From the NCBI RefSeq assembly GCF_009914755.1, contig NC_060939.1: a stretch of 64,000 bases of DNA; one strand, 5' to 3'. The stretch's first letter is position 1, and every line of letters starts with the position of its first letter. Below are positions 49,281-64,000 of the stretch, piece by piece. The translations under genes were made by a program, and so were the position numbers. Below the pieces are notes generated by a model. The model did no database searches. It was not told the origin of the DNA and saw nothing but the letters and a program-made list of their open reading frames with translations. This DNA is from the human T2T-CHM13v2.0 reference genome, Homo sapiens.

Positions 49281-50758
49281 GTGCGATGCAGTCTGTGGAC
49301 ATGGACAGCTCTGTGTCTCCTTTCCCACTGCGTGTGATCTAGGAGAGGACCCTGCCCCTCCTTACCCCAGACTACCCCTTGATTATGTCACTGCTATGGG
49401 GCATTGTTGTTACCTTCTATAGTCCTCACTACAGCCCCTCATAGTAGGTGGTGCTGTCCTTGTTTTACAGATGAAATGGAGGCCTAAGGAAATTAAGTAA
49501 CTTGTCTTAAACTGGAAAGCAGATAAGTGGTGGGCTGGAACTAGACTGGTGGCAGCATGCATCCTTTCTAAGCCTGGCCTCAGCTGGAAGCAGCAGGTGG
49601 GCCCAGGCCAGAGAGTGCTGCAGAGTGAGCCGACAGCTCCCTTTTCAGTTTGACCATGAAGTCCAGGGCAGGCTGGCTCTCAGCTCTGGGCCTCCCTCTC
49701 TGTCTGCAATGACCATTCAGCCCTGCAGACCTCAGCCCCCTGTGCTGTACTGGGGACTGTGGCAACAGTAGCCACAATCTGGCTTGGGGCAGGCAGAGCA
49801 TCCCATGGGGCCAGGATCTCCTAGGAAGATTTGTCTTTGACATCACGGATCTTTGGTTATTTGGGCTAAAATGGACCTGGGGGCCACCTACAGTGATGCC
49901 TTGGATTATGTCAAGGAGCAAATCTTCCCAAGCAAGTCCCCTCTTAATACCCAGGTTCCCCGACTCCCAGCCCATAGCTCCTATGTCGTGTCCTGTGTTA
50001 CATGTCATGCTCAGCCCTTCACTACCTAGGGGAAAAGTGTCCCCGTTCCACGGGAGAGGGATGATGGGACATATCATAGATATTGGGGGAGGCCATAGGA
50101 GCCATGGGCTGGGCCTCAGCCCACTGAGGGACAGAGGGACAGAGGGACAGAGACAGCTGGAGTCACATGTGGGCCTGAGCCCCCACTCCCCATCATAGGG
50201 CCAGGCTGCTCCAGGGTTCTGAGTCTGGACCTCCCATGTGACTCTTACTCTGAGACTTCCCAGCCAATCCTGACCCCTTCTGTTACCCTCAGAGAGAAGA
50301 TGCTGACCTCCAGGCTCCCAGACTCAAGGGGCAGAGGCCCTGCTCTCTCTCTGGGCTCTCTCCAGGGGTCCTGGGAGGGTGGCAGAGGCCAGGGCAGACC
50401 TTTTCCAGAAACCAGGTACCAGGGGAGCATAGGCTGCTTTCAACCTTCTCTCCTAGCTAAGCCCCAAAGCCACCTCAGGGCTGCTTATATATTTGTGATA
50501 TACTCAGGGGCAAGGGCCGATGGCCCATATTTGGGCAGGAAGACTGAGGCAAATGGCAGCTGCAGAGAGGGAGAGCCTCAGACTTTGCAAGAGACTCCAG
50601 GGGCATTGCAGAGTTAGAGAAGCAGAGGCCAGGGCAGGGAGATTCCCAGAGAGGGCAGCGGTGGGGCACTGACCCTGGCTCTGAGCCAGGTCCGCCCTGG
50701 CTACTTCCCACACTCCCCAAGGCTTGGCAGGGGCTGATCTGGTTCCCCCTCCCTCCAG

Positions 50759-50857
50759 GTAAAGGTGGACAAGAGCTGCGCCCTGGAGCATGTGACACGG
50801 GACCGGGTGCGAGGGGGCCAGCGACGCCGGCCACCAACGAGAGTCCACCTGAAGGAG
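50759..50857 (+). CDS. PLEKHO2: PLEKHO2 exon 5 (VKVDKS...RRRPPTRVHLKE)
   Basis: 99 nt; ctccAG|GTA and GAG|GTAGGG. The Arg/Pro segment resembles the CPI (capping-protein interaction) motif of the paralogue PLEKHO1/CKIP-1 (recall). Confidence 0.95.
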
Positions 50858-52040
50858 GTAGGGCCTTACCCAGTGTGGATGTTGGGGTTAGTTGAGCCTA
50901 GGACCTCAGCTCCTCTGGGCGGCAGCCAGGCTTGGGGCCACATTTTTCCTGAGGACACCTGGAGCTGGGGCTTCCTGAGGAGTAGACAGGAAGTGATGGG
51001 GCACCTGTGTTACACGTGCTCAGGGTATGGATGTCCTTGAGCCTGTAGCCTTTTCCATTTGTTCAATCCACACACAAATGTTGAATCTGTCCTTAGCCAG
51101 AGTTGGTGCCAGAGGGAAACTGAAGCCCATGAGGCCAGTCCCTGCCCCTCAGAGCTCGTCTTCCAGCTGAAAAATAGGCCTATCCCACAGACTGCTCCAT
51201 GCAAAGCTGTGTCTGATTTTTGTGCGGAGGAAGGAAGGCTCTAGGAGGTCAGGGCAGGAGGGACCACAAGGAGCCACTGGCATTTTAGCTGACCCTTGAA
51301 GGATGGGAGGGGTTCACTTGGTGGACTTGGAGTCAGGGGATTCTCTGTGGAGGGAGTGCTGTGAGCTGAGGCACAGCGGGAGGGTTTGAGGTATGCGGAG
51401 CAGCTCCATTTGCCTGGGAGATGGGTCTGAGAAGGGGGTTGTGGGGAGGAAATTGTGGAGGCCTTGGTGAAGAAGCTGGAGACAAGGAAGGGAGAGTGCG
51501 TTTCAGAGGTCAGTTTGAGGCTCTGGGTAGGATGGGTTGGGTTGAGAGAGGGAAAGGCAGGGGCCAGGAAGGAGGTGGGGGAGGCGGCTTTCCAGGCCCC
51601 TGGAGGGGATGAAGAGGGAGGGGTTGATGGGAGGATGTTAGGAAGCAAGAGCCACCTGGGCTTGTGATTGAGTCAGGGGATTGGACCAAGGGAAGGTTGT
51701 CTGAGGTTCCCCAAGCCTGGAGACTGGGAGCATGGAGGCCCTGGGCACAGGGAATTTGGAGAGGGTATGGGCAATGGGGAGGGGGGAAGGGAGGAGACTC
51801 TTTTAGACCAGTGGAGCTAATGCTGCAGGGGAGGATTTTGGAGGCCAGGAAAGAACCTCAGCAAGTGCTACATTTAGGGACTGGAGGGAGGTCAGCTAGC
51901 AGGGAACCAAGAAAGAGGAAGCCAGAGGCAAGTGCCACATCTGGAGAGAGATGGGCACAAGACCTGGTGGGCATCAGCCAGGTTGGCAGCCGCAAGTCAC
52001 AAGGGCAGGACCAAGGACAAGGCATTTACAACATATTTTC

Positions 52041-52220
52041 TTTTTCTTTTCTTTCTTTTCTTTTTTTTATTATTATACTTTAAGTTTTAGGGTACATGTG
52101 CACAATGTGCAGGTTAGTTACATATGTATACATGTGCCATGCTGGTGTGCTGCACCCATTAACTCGTCATTTAGCATTAGTTATATCTCCTAATGCTATC
52201 CCTCCCCTCTCCCCCCACCT
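52041..52220 (-). mobile_element. Short 5'-truncated primate L1PA 3' end
   Basis: ttattattatactttaagttttagggtacatgtgcac...catttagcattag...ccctcccc is the reverse complement of the L1PA 3'UTR plus its A-tail. Confidence 0.92.
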
Positions 52221-52221
52221 C

Positions 52222-53694
<1,473 letters not shown>

Positions 53695-54180
53695 TGAACT
53701 GGAAGAAGTATGTTTGAGTCCTGGTCCTGTCTCTGACTGACCAACTGGTTGTGGGGACCCTGGGTATGGTGATGGGTAGGTGGGTTGCAGAGAAGGGAAC
53801 CTCTGAAGGCCATACAGCTAGGTAGGGGTTAGATGCAGGGCTGGAACTCTGTCCCCTGCCACCCAGGCTTGTATAGTCCAGTCCAGGTCCAGTATCCCAG
53901 AAACCAGCCTGGGGCTCCAAGAGGACCCTGGCTGTGACTTTCCTGGCCTGTGATTCCAAAACAGGGAATTCTTTGGTGGTGAGGGAAAGGAGAGGAAGAT
54001 TCATCAAGAAATCACTTTAGCTTCTAATTAAGTAGCCACAGAAGCCAGGACAGAGGGAGGCTGGGGAGCTGGGGGCCTGGACAACCTGGATGGGAGAGGG
54101 TAAGAACTCGTGTCAGTGGGCACACCTGACCCAATGGCTAGTCAGCCAAGATGACACCCATATACCATCCCCCCCACCAG

Positions 54181-55170
54181 GTGGCCAGTGCAGCTTCTGA
54201 CGGTCTTCTGCGCCTGGATCTTGATGTTCCGGACAGTGGGCCACCAGTGTTTGCCCCCAGCAATCATGTCAGTGAAGCCCAACCTCGGGAGACACCCCGG
54301 CCCCTCATGCCTCCTACCAAGCCTTTCCTAGCACCTGAGACCACCAGCCCTGGTGACAGGGTGGAGACCCCTGTGGGGGAGAGAGCCCCAACCCCTGTCT
54401 CAGCAAGCTCTGAGGTCTCCCCTGAGAGCCAAGAGGACTCAGAGACCCCAGCAGAGGAGGACAGTGGCTCTGAGCAGCCTCCCAACAGCGTCCTGCCTGA
54501 CAAACTGAAGGTGAGCTGGGAGAACCCCAGCCCCCAGGAGGCCCCTGCTGCAGAGAGTGCAGAACCGTCCCAGGCACCCTGTTCTGAGACTTCTGAGGCT
54601 GCCCCCAGGGAGGGTGGGAAGCCCCCTACACCCCCACCCAAGATCTTATCAGAGAAACTGAAAGCCTCCATGGGTGAGATGCAGGCTTCTGGGCCACCTG
54701 CTCCAGGCACAGTGCAGGTCTCAGTGAATGGCATGGATGACAGTCCTGAGCCTGCCAAGCCCTCTCAGGCTGAGGGCACCCCAGGAACTCCTCCAAAGGA
54801 TGCAACAACATCCACAGCACTGCCCCCCTGGGACCTGCCACCTCAGTTCCATCCCCGCTGCTCCTCCCTTGGGGACTTGCTTGGGGAAGGCCCGCGGCAT
54901 CCCTTGCAGCCCAGGGAACGGCTATATCGGGCCCAGCTGGAGGTGAAGGTGGCCTCGGAACAGACGGAGAAACTGTTGAACAAGGTGCTGGGCAGTGAGC
55001 CGGCCCCTGTTAGTGCCGAAACATTGCTCAGCCAGGCTGTGGAGCAGCTGAGGCAGGCCACCCAGGTCCTGCAGGAAATGAGAGATTTGGGAGAGCTGAG
55101 CCAGGAAGCACCTGGGCTAAGGGAGAAGCGGAAGGAGCTGGTGACCCTCTACAGGAGAAGTGCACCCTAG
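54181..55170 (+). CDS. PLEKHO2: PLEKHO2 exon 6 coding part (329 aa; P/S/E-rich disordered region and C-terminal helical/coiled-coil segment)
   Basis: ccaccAG|GTG acceptor; matches ORF 54151..55170; TAG stop. Confidence 0.97.
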   Translation: MASAASDGLLRLDLDVPDSGPPVFAPSNHVSEAQPRETPRPLMPPTKPFLAPETTSPGDRVETPVGERAPTPVSASSEVSPESQEDSETPAEEDSGSEQPPNSVLPDKLKVSWENPSPQEAPAAESAEPSQAPCSETSEAAPREGGKPPTPPPKILSEKLKASMGEMQASGPPAPGTVQVSVNGMDDSPEPAKPSQAEGTPGTPPKDATTSTALPPWDLPPQFHPRCSSLGDLLGEGPRHPLQPRERLYRAQLEVKVASEQTEKLLNKVLGSEPAPVSAETLLSQAVEQLRQATQVLQEMRDLGELSQEAPGLREKRKELVTLYRRSAP

Positions 55171-57263
55171 GGCCTTCTGGGCCAGAGGCACCATCCCTTC
55201 TGGCCATCCATCAAGTCCATCAAGGCCCAGCCCTGCTGAGAAATGTGCTTCTGCTTCTACAGCAATGGCTGCAGGAGGGCCATTGGGCATGTCAGGGTTT
55301 GGCCATGACCCGAAGAGACTCCTGGCGTCCTTCCTACTCTGCTCTGGCCAGTGGTGCCAGGTGCCACCCAGGGCTACTGCCTGGCTATCTGGCCTGGCCT
55401 CTGGGCTGGGGCTGGGGCTGGGAGCACACACGCTGGGACCTATGTGTTTGTGTGGTCGTTCCAAACTGCCCCAGGGCTTTGGGGGCGGCACTTGGGGTTT
55501 CTGGGAATGACATCATCTCTGTTCCCCATCCCCAGTAGTTTACATTCCTGACTTCTGAATACAGCACAGCTGAGCCCCCTGCAGCTCCCATCTCCAGCTA
55601 TTCCTAGGCAAAGAGCCTCATGGCTAAGGCAGCCTCAAAGCCAGCCCCTCCTCCCACCTATTCTGAGTAGCTGCAGAGGCCTTGGGTCCAGGCTCTAGGT
55701 TCATCCCTCAGTTGGGGGGAACGTAGGACCCAGCTGGAGCCTCTTGAGGGAGATGAGAGGCCTCTTTGTGAGGAGGACATTAGCTGTGTGGCCTCTCTCT
55801 CTTTGGCCCTGTTTCCTTTTTTGCAAAACAAGGACATTTTCTGCAGCCCCTTCCTCTCAGTGAGCTATGATTGGAGGGCTTAGGTCTGGAGGATTCAAGA
55901 GTGGAAGAGGAATTTAAGGGGTCCCCTAGTCTAGTCTCTGCCCCTGGATAGTGTCCAGCCTTGTATATTTCTGAAGAGGTGGATCCCAGAGTGGCTCTGA
56001 TGTCCACATTAGAAAAACTTACTTGTAATGATCATGTCAGCCTTCAGAAGAGAATCCCCACCAACTTCTGTGCCTCCTCAGATGGGGATTTATCTGGATC
56101 TCTGTGGTTCCTTCTCAGCCGAAACAGGTCCAGTATCCCAGTCATTTCTTCAAATGCTGATAGGGGTATGTTGGAATCCGAAGCCACTTCCCCGCCTTCA
56201 AGCCCCAGATGGGCTGCTCTCCTGTAACTTTCTAGGAGAAGAGACATTTTCTTCTTTCCCTTTCCTGGTCCATCCCTGCACCCTGGTCCTCTCCCAGCCT
56301 CTCCCCCACATTGTCCCTGACTCTAGGGGCACATCCAGTCTCCATCGTGCTGCAGCAGCTGGACTGAGGGCAGAGCCTGTAGGTGCAGAGGCCCTGGCTC
56401 CCGAGGTCCAGCCACTCTCCCTGGGGCCTCTGGGGTGAGAGCAGCTTCCGATAGGACCTGCCCAGATTTCTGCATGTGCACTTTTGTTTACTGAAAGAGA
56501 GAAAGGGGGGGGTCACAGCAACATGCCCTGGCCTTTCTGCTCTGTTCCCCAACCCCACTGAGGCCTGCTGCACAGGTCAATGCCTTCGTTATCGTTATTG
56601 TACTGTCACTTTGTTCTTGAGGTAGTAGTCAAGGATCAGGAGGGGCAGATGTCTTCTCTGGGCTGCGTGGGGCCGGAGCAGAGGTGAGCAGCAATGCACT
56701 GGTTCGGGAGCCCCCATCAGCCTCCTTGTGCAAACTGGGCCCCCATGCCACAGTCTGGCTTTCCCTCCATCTGCCCCAGGACAAGAGCAAGAAGGACATC
56801 AGTTGCCCAGTCATGTGATCCCCTGCCATCTTGCCTTAGGAACAGCCTTCCCCCACCAGCAGCCATGGCTGGCTGGGGCTTTAGCCAAGCCACCTACTGC
56901 CAGGAATTGGAGCCTCAGTTCCCTCCTGTGTCAAGTAGCTAACTGCAGCAGCTGGACTGAGGGCAGAGTCTGTGGGTGCAGAGACCCTGCATGTAGGTCA
57001 CAGGTTGAGGCCCAGCCACTCTCCCTGGGGCCTGGTGGGTAGGCAAGTAGCTCTGGGGCCACCTCAAGTGACCAAATGCTATTAATTTCCATCCTTTAGC
57101 AGGCTGGGCCCTAGGCAGGAAGCTGGCTTCTGGGAGAGGAGTGAGAACGTGCAGGGCCTGCCTAGCTTGCGTGCTTGAGGAAGGTGGCATTCCGTGCTTG
57201 CCTCCTTGAGGAGGGTGGCATTCTGTGTCTTCTGCTTATGAAGCGCCTTTCTTAAAGTTTGGC

Positions 57264-57269
57264 AATAAA
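57264..57269 (+). terminator. PLEKHO2: PLEKHO2 polyadenylation signal AATAAA
   Basis: AATAAA followed about 30 nt later by a GT-rich element (TGTTTGTTGTTGTGG), giving a 3'UTR of about 2.1 kb. Confidence 0.85.
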
Positions 57270-57454
57270 TCCATTTTTATGGAACTTCAGTGCCTCAAGC
57301 CTGTTTGTTGTTGTGGGTGCCAGCTCCAGGGCTGCCCTTCTCCAAGACAGCAGTTGGTGATTGGTATCACCAGTCCTCCAAACTCGGTACTAGGGCCCCC
57401 ATTCCATAAGCTGGGCTGGGACACTGCCTGCTCCTGGGCTCCATTATTGCTTAT

Positions 57455-63900
<6,446 letters not shown>

Positions 63901-63940
63901 GCTCAGAGGGGACCTGGTATTGCCCATTTGTTTTGTTAAA

Positions 63941-63941
<1 letters not shown>

Positions 63942-63990
<49 letters not shown>
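63942..63990. repeat. (TG)n microsatellite
   Basis: About 24 TG units. Confidence 0.97.
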
Positions 63991-63992
<2 letters not shown>

Positions 63993-64000
63993 CTTTCTCT

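Noticed and set aside
56618-56628. TGAGGTAGTAG, identical to the first 11 nt of let-7, with a partly complementary TACTGTC upstream
   Set aside because: The match stops at 11 nt, only about 7 bp of pairing is possible, and it would sit on the 3' arm. It is not a pre-miRNA hairpin and is plausibly chance.

Overview
Human genomic DNA, Alu-dense and GC-rich, recognisable from the encoded proteins as the PIF1-PLEKHO2 locus (15q22 from recall). Two complete, divergently oriented genes are present. PIF1 (minus strand, about 4915-14950) is an SF1B 5'-3' DNA helicase: I reconstructed a non-coding exon 1 plus 12 coding exons with canonical GT-AG junctions, giving 1926 nt (641 aa + stop). An alternative last exon (4975-5232) gives a 707-aa form. 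PLEKHO2 (plus strand, about 31200-57290) has 6 exons and 490 aa, with an N-terminal PH domain and only phase-0 introns. The rest is repeats (dozens of Alus, MER21 and MER51 solo LTRs, MLT1, L1, L2/MIR, MER3/MER5, microsatellites), two gene promoters and an orphan CpG-rich element at about 25.1 kb. I found no convincing new coding gene or new biological system. The best leads are regulatory or splicing-level: a MER51 LTR with a downstream donor upstream of PIF1, exons starting with reconstitutable 5' splice sites, unexplained 48-bp direct repeats bracketing PLEKHO2 exon 2, 3'UTR duplications, an L1/Alu composite, and two apparent PIF1 missense differences from the reference as I recall it. Repeat family names and boundaries are by eye and approximate.
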